Positions 10,383-20,758 of a stretch of 44,686 nucleotides of DNA are shown here, piece by piece. The translations under genes and the position numbers were made by a program. The DNA lies in contig CAZYIM010000022.1 in NCBI GenBank assembly GCA_964647565.1, positions 1 through 44,686 on the forward strand. Direction: 5' to 3'. The DNA comes from an uncultured Methanosarcinales archaeon (GTDB taxonomy: Archaea > Nanobdellota > Nanobdellia > Woesearchaeales > CAZYIM01). Within the stretch, counting starts at the first letter, position 1, and the number at the start of each line of letters is the position of its first letter. A model generated the notes under the pieces. The model was given only the letters and a program-made list of their open reading frames with translations. It did not search any database and had not been told where the DNA came from.

Positions 10383-10568
10383 TTTCTTATCCACCCCACA
10401 ATTACGTCTCCTATTGGTGACGAAGTTGTGTAAAAATGTTTCTCCTCTATAATACTAACAATTACAAAATAGTATGTTGAGATATATATATAAATTTTTT
10501 GCTAAAACCACTAAAATCAAGAACGAAAATTTTTAAAACCTTTCGGTAGCAAAAAACTTAAAAAATAG

Positions 10569-11024
10569 TCATCCTAACAATATTCCGGCGCCAACACCTG
10601 CGGCTTCTATTGCAAGATTTTTTAATGTGTCATACCTTTCATTTGATTGATACATCAATTCTATCTTTCTGGAAATGTCCTTTCTAAATCGTGTAATATA
10701 ATGTTGGATTGTATGATCTTTTGCTTTTTTTGCATCAGACTCAAGTCTCAAAAGTTTTTTTTCAAGGCCCTCAAGATTAGCAAGAGCTTCTAAACGATTT
10801 TGTTCTATTGACTGATAATCTGAAATGTATTCATCGAGTTCATTGATCAGTTTTGTTTTTTTCTTACAGCATCCTTTGCTCTCGATTAAATCTGAAGGTT
10901 GAATATTTGTGAAATGTTCTTTTGAATAACCTGCATCCTCAAACAGTTTTTCAATCTCAAGATTGTTTTTGTTTTGGGTGATTCTTGATTGAATAAGATT
11001 CTTATCATAATGGTTGAGTTCCAT
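10569..11024 (-). CDS. Hypothetical coiled-coil protein with hydrophobic Gly/Ala-rich C-terminus
   Basis: 151-aa ORF starting 1 nt after the upstream stop; heptad-like charged helix; ends AAGVGAGILLG. Confidence 0.7.
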   Translation of the reverse strand: MELNHYDKNLIQSRITQNKNNLEIEKLFEDAGYSKEHFTNIQPSDLIESKGCCKKKTKLINELDEYISDYQSIEQNRLEALANLEGLEKKLLRLESDAKKAKDHTIQHYITRFRKDISRKIELMYQSNERYDTLKNLAIEAAGVGAGILLG

Positions 11025-11025
11025 T

Positions 11026-11850
11026 TTAGCTCACCATTTGATGGTACCTGGTCTCTAGAAAATTTGAAGTCTTTTTATCAGGAGAATTATTTATTCCGGG
11101 TCTAGATGCCAATCTGATTAACTGTCCAAGTTTCTCAGCTTGTTTTTGCTCATTCTTTAGGACCCTATACCATGCAGATCTTTCTCGTGAATTTTGCATT
11201 CCATTATTTAGACAAAAAATTCTGGGATTTTCTTTTTTTACCCTGTTTCTTGAAAGCTGGAAATTATAGTTTCTTAAGTTGCTCTCAATGTTATATATTG
11301 CGGACTTTAGATTTTTAACATCTGTCTTTGCAAAAGATTGGAAATCATCTGCTTGATTTAATTCTTCATTTAAATTTTCAATAGTATCCATATCATATTC
11401 AAGACTTTTTGTTAAGTTCTGATAGTCATCATTGTAGTTTCTAATCTGTTGATCAAGCTCCTTTGTCTTAATTATATTCTTTGCTGCTGTATATTCTATT
11501 TTGCGTTGCTCAAGTTGTTTTATCTCTTTTTCAACTCTATTAATTAAGATAAGATTTGAATCAACTTTTGTAGCCAGATAATCAACTTTCTTTTTTATGT
11601 TAATATAACAGGCTTCATAGTTATAGTATATACTTTCTGCCTGGTATCGGCTCTTCTGACTCTTTTGAAGAACCTTTCTCAACTTCTTGGACCTTTTTTT
11701 AAGTTGGTTTTCGTAAAGTTTTTTTTCAAGCCAGCCTTTTGGTTGTTTACATGACCTTTGTTTATTTCCAACTATGTGTTTTTTTTCATTTAAGATATTT
11801 TTATTTTCTTTTTCATATTCCAAAACAATGTTTGTTATGTGCTCATCCAT
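11026..11850 (-). CDS. Hypothetical long coiled-coil protein
   Basis: K/E/N/L-rich helical ORF; AGGTG RBS before ATG 11850. Confidence 0.7.
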   Translation of the reverse strand: MDEHITNIVLEYEKENKNILNEKKHIVGNKQRSCKQPKGWLEKKLYENQLKKRSKKLRKVLQKSQKSRYQAESIYYNYEACYINIKKKVDYLATKVDSNLILINRVEKEIKQLEQRKIEYTAAKNIIKTKELDQQIRNYNDDYQNLTKSLEYDMDTIENLNEELNQADDFQSFAKTDVKNLKSAIYNIESNLRNYNFQLSRNRVKKENPRIFCLNNGMQNSRERSAWYRVLKNEQKQAEKLGQLIRLASRPGINNSPDKKTSNFLETRYHQMVS

Positions 11851-12038
11851 GTTTAACACCTTTAATTTTTTTTAAATTTAAGATGCCAATAACTTGTTAT
11901 TAAGCACCTCAGAATGTATTAATAATATTGTTTTAAAATGAGTTTTTACGAAAAAACTGAAGGATTTTTATGAAGTCCGTAATAATTAATAGAAAGTTCG
12001 AAAATATTTTAGTAAAATTAGAAGAATTACTACAAAAC

Positions 12039-12455
12039 CTAGATGAGAAATCGTTCATAATCTAATTCATCAATGATCTCAAATTTTTTTGTCGTCGGAA
12101 ATCCCCTGTCTTCAAGAAAAAGAACCAACTCATGGAATTCTTTCATAGAAGGCGTAATTATTTCGGCCATTAGTTGGTCTTGTTTAAGCCGATAAATATT
12201 GTTGACAAACGGGTGAGCTAACAAGTTCCACAACACCTCAGAATCATCCTCTAAGATGATTATATTCCTACAGTGAAAACCAAGACGCCTATAATCCAGG
12301 ACAGAAGAATGACGATTAATATAGTTCTTCCTTAACTCAAAATAATGATCAAAAAGAGTTGTTACAGGAATATCTGTTGATCTGTTAATCTGGGTCAATG
12401 TTGTCCTTGCGTTCTTTCTTAGGGCATTTAGTAGCTGTTTGGATTTTTGTTTCAT
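12039..12455 (-). CDS. Lrp/AsnC-family transcriptional regulator
   Basis: LLNALRKNARTTLTQINRSTDIPVTT helix-turn-helix and LDYRRLGF linker. Start taken at MKQKS (12455). Confidence 0.85.
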   Translation of the reverse strand: MKQKSKQLLNALRKNARTTLTQINRSTDIPVTTLFDHYFELRKNYINRHSSVLDYRRLGFHCRNIIILEDDSEVLWNLLAHPFVNNIYRLKQDQLMAEIITPSMKEFHELVLFLEDRGFPTTKKFEIIDELDYERFLI

Positions 12456-12528
12456 GGAAATAATAGGAGAACATATCTTAATAAAGCTTATTGAGAAAAA
12501 TTCGGAAAGAATTTGGAGAAAAGGAAAC

Positions 12529-14295
12529 TTATTTGCCGACAAATATATGCTTTACAACCTTGCTCCAGCCACTTACACCGCCTTGGTTGGTGGTTTTTGC
12601 CTGATAATACTTAGTTGCGGCCTTCTCGCAAGTCAAATTAAACCGACCATCCAAACTGTAATATCCACCTTTTGTAGTTTTTATTACTTTTGCACCACGC
12701 ATATCAGATCGATCGCTTTCGTACAGTTCAAGCAGTTTAATACCATACTTACCAACAGCTCTTAATGGATTATTTCTATCAGTTTCATGAACACTATAGT
12801 TTAGTTGAAATTGGGTTTGTGTCTTGCGAAGTTCAGACCATAGCCCTCCGTTTTCATATATAGGGCCATGAACCTTAAATATCTGTTTAGATGGTTTCTT
12901 TTTGTTGTAAGGAATCGTAATTCTGCTGACATTGCCCACATCATCAAATAAAAGGCCGTATAGAGTCTTTTTACTATGCATATCTTTCCACCCCTTAAGA
13001 TGGATAAAGCCGTCGATATGTTTGCTGGAACTTGTTTCAATTTCTCTAGTAAATGTACTATGATTCCAATATCCTCCACGACCGGGATTTCCTTTCCTGT
13101 CTATTAAAGGCGGGCAATCTGATATATAGATACGGGTGATGTTTGTTTTATTTGCTCTTGCTTCATATACCAAAATATTCTCATCCCTTTTAAACTGAAA
13201 GCGGACCCAATCAGCATGGCCTTCTTTGAGTTCTCTTTGCGGCATTTTTATTGACTGCATAACAATTGGTCCGTCCCAATAATAAGCATAAACTTTGAGA
13301 GGAACACTTTTAAACCAGTATCTTACGGAATCACCAGGTATAGTGCCACGAACTCTTGAAAGAGTGCTATCATGTGTTATATTCAGCCAGTGTTCATCGA
13401 GCCATTTCAATACTTGCTTATCTGCCATCAAGTTGCTTCTGTTAGTCTTCTTGAAATATTTTTTATTATTTTCAATATTATTAATATGATGATTTCCCAT
13501 CACAAACAATAGCTGCTTCATTGTGTTATTTGGATCATTTATATCGTATCTTACCACATTATTTACAGAATCAAACTCCAAGACATTAAACTCAGGAACG
13601 TTTGAGGGAATTTCTAACGGCGGAAGTTTGACTGTACTACTAGCTCCCCAATAATAATTAGAATTTTCTTTATTGTCTTCCACCCTTATCCTAATATCAA
13701 TTGAATCAACCCACGCCTTATGTGTATTAACTTGAAGGGAATCTTCTAAATAATCACAAAAGTCTTTATAGCTATTTTTTAGAATGGTTGCTCCGTTCTC
13801 AACTTGTATTTGTAGATTCTTAATATCTCCATTTCTATCTTTTGCAATATACTTCAAAAAACCAGTTTCTTCATTATATTCTAAGGCCGCAGATGGAGAA
13901 TAAGGATAATTCCTAATCACTTTGTAGGTTACCTGACCGCTTTTATCAGTGACTTTTATTGTATATTTTTTCTTAGGATCACAATCTTTGGCTTCAATCC
14001 AGAAGGTGTTATGCCCCCAGTTATTTTCATCTTTTCCAATAGATACGCCGTTTTCAAAGACCTCTGCGCTTGCAACACCCGCATTATCGCCAATATCATC
14101 TGTTTTAATATAAAATTGTTTATTATTGAATCTAACTTCTTTGATAATAGGTTTCTTGTCCCAGGGACTGAGTGTCTGTTGTGCAGTTTGCTCTTGTTTT
14201 TTAGTATCCTGGAGTATTTTAGCTTCTAAGCAGGGTATCTTTGTTAAACCAATACCTAAGAAAAGCCCGAGGGTTGTGAGTAATTTGCTGTTCAT
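12529..14295 (-). CDS. Secreted Lys-rich protein with repeated beta-sandwich-like segments
   Basis: 588 aa; N-terminal hydrophobic segment; recurring 'I.V.D..G' strands (IKVTDKSGQ, IRVEDNKEN, LFDDVGN). Confidence 0.65.
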   Translation of the reverse strand: MNSKLLTTLGLFLGIGLTKIPCLEAKILQDTKKQEQTAQQTLSPWDKKPIIKEVRFNNKQFYIKTDDIGDNAGVASAEVFENGVSIGKDENNWGHNTFWIEAKDCDPKKKYTIKVTDKSGQVTYKVIRNYPYSPSAALEYNEETGFLKYIAKDRNGDIKNLQIQVENGATILKNSYKDFCDYLEDSLQVNTHKAWVDSIDIRIRVEDNKENSNYYWGASSTVKLPPLEIPSNVPEFNVLEFDSVNNVVRYDINDPNNTMKQLLFVMGNHHINNIENNKKYFKKTNRSNLMADKQVLKWLDEHWLNITHDSTLSRVRGTIPGDSVRYWFKSVPLKVYAYYWDGPIVMQSIKMPQRELKEGHADWVRFQFKRDENILVYEARANKTNITRIYISDCPPLIDRKGNPGRGGYWNHSTFTREIETSSSKHIDGFIHLKGWKDMHSKKTLYGLLFDDVGNVSRITIPYNKKKPSKQIFKVHGPIYENGGLWSELRKTQTQFQLNYSVHETDRNNPLRAVGKYGIKLLELYESDRSDMRGAKVIKTTKGGYYSLDGRFNLTCEKAATKYYQAKTTNQGGVSGWSKVVKHIFVGK

Positions 14296-14429
14296 TTTAT
14301 AGTTATGGTAATTTAAGAATGTTAGTTTAGTATAAATAATTTACTACTGTTAATCACTATTAAGTGAGTATTCTACGAAAAGTATAAATAAGAAACCCTA
14401 TTAACTAAATCAAATTATTAGTTTTTACA

Positions 14430-17400
14430 ATGTTTCGGGCAAACCATAAGCATCCAATTGATAACATTATAGAATCTGGAATTGAACAATTTCTTGACAT
14501 CTCAAATTATTATTCTCTTGCAACTAAAACAGCTCTTCAGATGACTGGAAAAGATATTGCACACTCATATCCTTCAAAAATCGCAAAATCCGCATATACA
14601 AAGTCCATTGATAACTTCTGGGCAAATCAAAACCTTGAAACACAGCTAAAAAAGGGAATATTGCCTAATCTTGATCTTTATTTAGTTGATGATGTTGAAA
14701 TTTTACATAATCTACAAAGAACAAGAAATCAAAAGAGTTTCATGGCAATGCATGCGCCTGACCTGTTTAATGGTAAGGAAGCAACATATAATCATCCAAC
14801 TGTAGGAGATTTCAAGGCAATTCATGTACCAGGAAAAGACATTCTTGGCATGATGGCCCAGCTCTATAAAGGAGAACTGATCACAAACAAGACAGTTAAA
14901 GACTCACTTAAATCTCTCGAGAAAAATATTGATGCCTCTTTGCAATCAAAGACAGAAAATCTCACTAAACTAAAGGCACTTGGCGAAAGCCTTCAATTGG
15001 ATTCATCTCCCGAATCAAATGAAATGATCAAGGAATATGCCAGAGATTTGATGATGAATATGTTCGAATGCATAGAACATCTTTTAAGAGAAGGCGTTCA
15101 AAACGCAGACGGCTCATGGAAAAATAAGGAAGAAAACAAGATCAATATTTCATTAGATAAGATAAATCGCACTATTAAAATAGAGGATTATGGTTGTGGA
15201 ATGGATAAGAAAACCTTAGAAAAGGTTTTTTTTAACATCCATGCATCGCTTTATGAAGCACTTGACCATGCAGCTGGAAAGTTCGGAATAGGGGCAATAA
15301 GTTTTTTTGGAGCTGGACATGAATATGTCAAAGTGGACAGCAGGACTGTTAATGGAAAAGGAGGCTCTTATATCATAGACGAACATCTTGACCGTAGCAA
15401 GCATCAACCTCCCCAAAGGCAAAACCATGGAACTACAATAGAAATCAAGCTTAAGCCAGATTCTACATTTAATTTCGACTTGGCTGAAACTTTAGTAAAA
15501 AGAGATTGTTGCTATGTTAAAACTCCAACTTTTTTGAATGTCAATGGCAAGACAGAGATAATTAATAAGGACCTGACACCAGAATCGACCAAAACACTAA
15601 AATCTTTTACAGAAAAATCTGTTCAAGGTCATGTTAAGAAAGTACCTGGTAAAGGCAAACTTGATCTGCTTGACCATGATTTAAGACTCGATTCTGTTGA
15701 AACTGAAGGTTTTTCTGGTGCCATAAATTGTTCTGGCCTTGAAACTACCTTTTCTAGAGACAGCGTTAGGGAAGATCCTGTCTTAAAAGATGTAATTGAA
15801 CATGCATATCTGATGAGAGAAGAGCTGGATTTAGATATTGTTGAAAAGCAAAAAATATCTCGAAAACAAAGATTAAAAGGCTTTTTGAAATTTTCTCGAG
15901 AATCTTTGTTCAATGAAGACGGTTTGTTAAGAGAAAAATGGATACGTGATAATATTCTTTCTAGTCTGGATAATTATAAAGAAGCAGATGCTTTAGATCT
16001 AACCCAATTTAATAACACTAAACATAACACATCTTTAACCTTAGGAATATCAACAATTTCTGAATTTTTAAATATAAATCCTTTGAACGGCTCATATAGG
16101 CTTTTTAAGAGCCGAAAACGAGGGCGAAAAAGGAAAGTTACTCTTAATGATAAGATATTCAAGACAAAATATCTGAAAAAGTTCATAACTTCAGACATGT
16201 GGAAACCACTAAATCTGGCATATACAGGATTCAACGCATTTATCAGCTATTATACACTGGATTTTACCACCAAGCTGCTCCAGGATTTTAATATTGATAC
16301 AAAATTGGTTGTTCCGGGCTTACTTTCACTATATCCCATATCTATGGGTATAAAATCCCTGAAGAATAAAATAATCCGAAAAACTGTCAATAAACAGGCA
16401 ACTAGTCATCTAGAAGACAGTTTAGCAGATTCAGAAGAAGAAAATACCATCAGACGCATTAACAGAGATCCAATATATAAGAAAATTCCAAGATATATTC
16501 TTAAGGGTGCGTATGCACCTTTGAAGTTCACTTTTTATACAATGCCCAAATTTGTTGGTTCTAAAGTGTATAGCGGAGTTACTAATACCTATAAATTTGC
16601 CAAAAAAACAATCAACAAAATTATCCATTATGATTATTCAAGAATTCCAAAAGCAATTGCAAATGCGTATCTAGCGGCGGTAACTTGGGTAAAAGAGCAT
16701 TTCACCTTAAAAAACATCATTAAATATGGAACCCGGGCAGCCATTGGTGCAGCTTTTCTTGTTGCTGCAGTGGGTATAACCCAGTATGGTGCTTCTAAAA
16801 TCAAGACATCTACTAAAGCAAGATATGACAGGTTTGAGATACCTTCCAAAACTGTTGAGAAAATGCCCAATTTCATAAAAAAGATGATTCCAGAAGGAAA
16901 AATAGCTCATACAACCAGAACAAATTGGAATGAAGAGAAGCTAGCAGATTATTTATTAGATAATCCCGCATTTATGGACCCTTTATCCAGTTCTTCAACG
17001 TATATAAAAGATGATGGTCTTGAATTATTTGAAGAAGGAGACCATTCGATGCCAACTCTTGACAAGCTTAAGAAGAATCCTGAGTATGATCCTTATGGAT
17101 TTTTTAATCAGTTGGCAAGAAATATCAGAAAAAGATCGAACAAAAGGCATAAAGAAAAAGTGAAACCTGAAGCTGAAAAGGAGATTTATTCCCCAATTGA
17201 TGATCTTGCTCTTCTTGAATTACTCGGCAGGAATGTTGAAAATGGCCACGAGGTTAGTTCAACTGCAGATTATCTTTCAATAGTCAATGGCAAGCCATTC
17301 TGGACTAACACAGGGAAAAATGTTTTGACCATTTCAGGTATAGATGACCTTTTTTCAGATGGCCTTAAACTTAATAAGGATGTATCTAGGTATGATCTTC

Positions 17401-18680
17401 TCTCAGCTGTTGCAAGACACGTAAAAGGTATGAGATACGGTCCTATAAGTGATCAGGAGTTTAATGAACATGGAAGTGTGTTAAAAGCTATTCATAACAC
17501 CCGCCATGGATTATGCTTGGGCATTAATTCTTATGCAGCAGCCCTTTTGTATGAATTGGGCGAGGATGATTTAAGAATGGCTTTTAATGATAAGAATCCT
17601 CACGGCTGGCTTCAAGTGAACCATGGGACTATAGAGAATCCTGATTGGACTGATTATGACTGTACACCAAGCAAGTTAACAAATTCTTTTGCCAGGGCAA
17701 TGAAACGTGCTAATCAAAGATATGCTGATAAAAAAAAGAGGATGGAAAGCTTTCCATATAAGACAATAAAATCAGCTAAAAAAACAATAACAGACTTGCT
17801 TAAGAAGAAGGAAGAAACATTAAAGACTAAAGAAGATTCTTTAGAAACAAGTTTCCCCCATCCTGCTGACCTAACAGAACTTGGAAAAGGTATTGATAAG
17901 CAACAGCCTCCTGAAGAAGGAACGAGAGTAATTGAAATAATTAATGGAGATACCTTGATATTGATACATTCTTCAGAAACAACCTACAAGGGAGCTGCAA
18001 AAACGCCATCGAAAGAGAAGTTCAAACTAGTCCCTTCCCCAACGCCAGGTATTAAAACAAAACAAAAAAAGGCTGTGACTAAGTCTAAAACAGTTACTGA
18101 CACCAAAAAGAAAGAAACTGTCTATACAGATACTACAAAGGTCGACTCTAGCTTAACAGCAGTGGTTGGCTCTGATTCTTTAAAACAAGAAGAACATCCA
18201 ACTATGTCCGAAGATTCATTAAGAATCAAAACACAATACCAGGAACCAACTAAAGATCCTTTCGACCTTATCATCCCGCTTTCTGCGGTAGGATTAGGCA
18301 TTCTTGGGACAGCAGGATACCTGGTTTACAGGAAGAGAAGGAATGGGATTGAAGAGATCCTTGAACAAAAGATTATTGAACCAATTGAACCTCCTCAGCC
18401 TGTAATAATAATTGATGAACACACACTTTATGTGGATGAGATAAAAAAGCTGGCAGAGATTTACCTGCCAGAGAGTGTAGAGTTTAAATTAAACAGAGAA
18501 CTAGAAAGCAGTCAACCAAGATATACTTTAACAAAGGATATGGTTGTTATCAATGCACACAGGGAAAAACTACATCCTTTACTTGTGACTTTGGATTATG
18601 CAGCACATATCCTCAAGGATGAAAAGATTGCTAAGACCTTGATTACGCAATATGAAACTCTAAAAGAGGTGCGGACATAA
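14430..18680 (+). CDS. HSP90-like GHKL ATPase - transmembrane - transglutaminase-like fusion protein
   Basis: GHKL motifs REGVQNAD, IEDYGCGM, GKFGIG, HGTTIEI. Transglutaminase-type triad GLC...HGW...DCTP. TM helices AAIGAAFLVAAVGI and LIIPLSAVGLGILGTAGYLVY-RKRR. Confidence 0.75.
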   Translation: MFRANHKHPIDNIIESGIEQFLDISNYYSLATKTALQMTGKDIAHSYPSKIAKSAYTKSIDNFWANQNLETQLKKGILPNLDLYLVDDVEILHNLQRTRNQKSFMAMHAPDLFNGKEATYNHPTVGDFKAIHVPGKDILGMMAQLYKGELITNKTVKDSLKSLEKNIDASLQSKTENLTKLKALGESLQLDSSPESNEMIKEYARDLMMNMFECIEHLLREGVQNADGSWKNKEENKINISLDKINRTIKIEDYGCGMDKKTLEKVFFNIHASLYEALDHAAGKFGIGAISFFGAGHEYVKVDSRTVNGKGGSYIIDEHLDRSKHQPPQRQNHGTTIEIKLKPDSTFNFDLAETLVKRDCCYVKTPTFLNVNGKTEIINKDLTPESTKTLKSFTEKSVQGHVKKVPGKGKLDLLDHDLRLDSVETEGFSGAINCSGLETTFSRDSVREDPVLKDVIEHAYLMREELDLDIVEKQKISRKQRLKGFLKFSRESLFNEDGLLREKWIRDNILSSLDNYKEADALDLTQFNNTKHNTSLTLGISTISEFLNINPLNGSYRLFKSRKRGRKRKVTLNDKIFKTKYLKKFITSDMWKPLNLAYTGFNAFISYYTLDFTTKLLQDFNIDTKLVVPGLLSLYPISMGIKSLKNKIIRKTVNKQATSHLEDSLADSEEENTIRRINRDPIYKKIPRYILKGAYAPLKFTFYTMPKFVGSKVYSGVTNTYKFAKKTINKIIHYDYSRIPKAIANAYLAAVTWVKEHFTLKNIIKYGTRAAIGAAFLVAAVGITQYGASKIKTSTKARYDRFEIPSKTVEKMPNFIKKMIPEGKIAHTTRTNWNEEKLADYLLDNPAFMDPLSSSSTYIKDDGLELFEEGDHSMPTLDKLKKNPEYDPYGFFNQLARNIRKRSNKRHKEKVKPEAEKEIYSPIDDLALLELLGRNVENGHEVSSTADYLSIVNGKPFWTNTGKNVLTISGIDDLFSDGLKLNKDVSRYDLLSAVARHVKGMRYGPISDQEFNEHGSVLKAIHNTRHGLCLGINSYAAALLYELGEDDLRMAFNDKNPHGWLQVNHGTIENPDWTDYDCTPSKLTNSFARAMKRANQRYADKKKRMESFPYKTIKSAKKTITDLLKKKEETLKTKEDSLETSFPHPADLTELGKGIDKQQPPEEGTRVIEIINGDTLILIHSSETTYKGAAKTPSKEKFKLVPSPTPGIKTKQKKAVTKSKTVTDTKKKETVYTDTTKVDSSLTAVVGSDSLKQEEHPTMSEDSLRIKTQYQEPTKDPFDLIIPLSAVGLGILGTAGYLVYRKRRNGIEEILEQKIIEPIEPPQPVIIIDEHTLYVDEIKKLAEIYLPESVEFKLNRELESSQPRYTLTKDMVVINAHREKLHPLLVTLDYAAHILKDEKIAKTLITQYETLKEVRT

Positions 18681-19936
18681 TGGTCTTTGCCTTTGATATC
18701 TCAGTTCCAGACCTGATAAAGAAGCTTTTCTACAGATATGAGTATGATATAGATTTCATTGATAACTTTGTCAGTAGGGTATATCAACCTGGTAGAAAAA
18801 TAGATATCGAGCTTGATAAGAACTCTATTAAAATTAAGGCCGATGAAAGTCTTAATCATGGATTCTTTGATAAAATAAATAATAAAGAAATTTTTACGAT
18901 TGCTTCAATTATACCACCTGTTCTTGATTTCAAAAGCATGAATGTTCATTATGAAAATAAGAAAATAACAGTAGATTCAGAAAGAATACCTAGAACCGAG
19001 CTTACAGATAAGATTATTGAAGGATCGACCATATCTTTAGATAGGATTAAAGCAAATATTGGTCGTGAAAAGTCCCGATTAATAGAACTTTATGGCTTAA
19101 CTGACATGATAGTCAGCATTAATGATGAAATGGTCTCGGCTGACCAAAATAAAAGATTTGAATTCAAAGAAGGCAACTTTAGAGGAACCATATCATACAA
19201 TCCAAAAAGTATAGGAGGTATTAATTATTTTGTTAATGGAAGATATATATCGAATGAACGATTGATCAAAGGAATTGACATCTGCTTATTCGAACACCCT
19301 TTCAAGACAACTATCACTAAATCAAAGACAATAACGCGCGGTGATGATAACCATGCACTTTTAATTTCAATGATGCCTGAATTATTGAGATCTTATATTG
19401 TTTCAGATAAGGCTAGGAATCTTAATAACAATAATGGCAATGGAACATCTTATCAGACCTTACTTAGGTTGGCGTACGGTCAATTTCCTGACGATGCAGG
19501 AATAAAAGACGCAGTAAAAGATAATATATGTTTTTATGACAAAAACGGAAAGCTTGGCCAGAATTATTCAATAGACAATGTTTTTGAGAATCCGAGTATT
19601 GAACTTGCAGTGAATGAGGAAATACTCTATTTTAAACTTATAGAGGAGCCAAGAATCACTGAATATGTATCAGGAGATGTTGAATGTTCTGATGATCTTA
19701 AGAAACTACAAGCCTCTTTTGGTCTTAAATACCTGTTTTCTTTTGATAAGATACAATATACTGACAAATCTATTACAACATTTAATAATCGTAAGAACTT
19801 TTTATCCATATCCCAACAAGAAGTAACTAATGCTAAAAATCTTTATGAGATAGTTCTAAATGTACTGCCTAAAGTACAGATCAATGAAGACAAGAAACTG
19901 GGATTATATAAAAGAGTTTTAAATGCATTGAGATAA
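18680..19936 (+). CDS. Hypothetical protein, probable degenerate GHKL/HSP90-like fold
   Basis: Translationally coupled to the upstream gene (TAATG overlap). The N-terminal pattern resembles an HSP90-type N-domain but lacks ExxxN, DxGxG and GxxG. Confidence 0.55.
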   Translation: MVFAFDISVPDLIKKLFYRYEYDIDFIDNFVSRVYQPGRKIDIELDKNSIKIKADESLNHGFFDKINNKEIFTIASIIPPVLDFKSMNVHYENKKITVDSERIPRTELTDKIIEGSTISLDRIKANIGREKSRLIELYGLTDMIVSINDEMVSADQNKRFEFKEGNFRGTISYNPKSIGGINYFVNGRYISNERLIKGIDICLFEHPFKTTITKSKTITRGDDNHALLISMMPELLRSYIVSDKARNLNNNNGNGTSYQTLLRLAYGQFPDDAGIKDAVKDNICFYDKNGKLGQNYSIDNVFENPSIELAVNEEILYFKLIEEPRITEYVSGDVECSDDLKKLQASFGLKYLFSFDKIQYTDKSITTFNNRKNFLSISQQEVTNAKNLYEIVLNVLPKVQINEDKKLGLYKRVLNALR

Positions 19937-20044
19937 ATACTACTTAACAGCTCTGTCACTAACGTTCCTCGACTTTTGATTTGTTATGACTCAAAAGGAG
20001 TAAAAAACGAAAAATATATAAACCTGGAAATAAATTAAACATAT

Positions 20045-20758
20045 ATGAAAATCTTTAGAGCTGCTGTTTTTGACATTGACGGAGTGCTTGCAAAAAGCGA
20101 GATCTTCCAGTATAAGGCCTGGAAACAACTTATGAATGAAGCTTTTGCATATGATCTTTCTATGGATGAATACATAAAGAAGTATTGCGGTACCTCTTCT
20201 GCAAAGATCGCAGAAAAATTAGCAAAAAGATTCAAGATCGGATTTACAGCCGAAGATATTCTGGATGTACGTGAAAATATGGTTAACAAAATAGTTGAGC
20301 AATCCGAGGTTGAACAGATGCCATACGCTGTTGAAGCTATCGAATTTTTTGGCGAGCGAGGAGTTCCAAATGCTTTTGCTACAGGCGCAGGAACCACTGA
20401 AAGCATAATGAAACTTGAAAAATCAGGATTAGATAAGCTTGTACAAAAATATGAAATACCTGTGGTCTGTAGAGATCAGGTAGAAAACGGAAAACCTGCA
20501 CCTGATAGTTATAATGAAGCTATAAGTCGGCTGGAACAAAAGAACAATATCATATTATTTCATGAAGACGTGCTTTCTTTTGAGGACACACTCCCAGGCG
20601 TAAGATCTGCCCAGGCTGCAGGAACAACCTGTTTTCCTGTAGTAAACATGTGGACCAAGCCTAAATTCAAGAGAATAAAACCAATATATGAAAATCTTGA
20701 ACAAGTTATTACAGAAATTAAATCGCATTATAGCTTTGTCCAGCCCAACCGATTATAG
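20045..20758 (+). CDS. HAD-superfamily phosphatase (beta-PGM/CbbY-like)
   Basis: FDIDGVL motif I, GKPAPD motif III, FEDTLPG motif IV. Confidence 0.9.
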   Translation: MKIFRAAVFDIDGVLAKSEIFQYKAWKQLMNEAFAYDLSMDEYIKKYCGTSSAKIAEKLAKRFKIGFTAEDILDVRENMVNKIVEQSEVEQMPYAVEAIEFFGERGVPNAFATGAGTTESIMKLEKSGLDKLVQKYEIPVVCRDQVENGKPAPDSYNEAISRLEQKNNIILFHEDVLSFEDTLPGVRSAQAAGTTCFPVVNMWTKPKFKRIKPIYENLEQVITEIKSHYSFVQPNRL

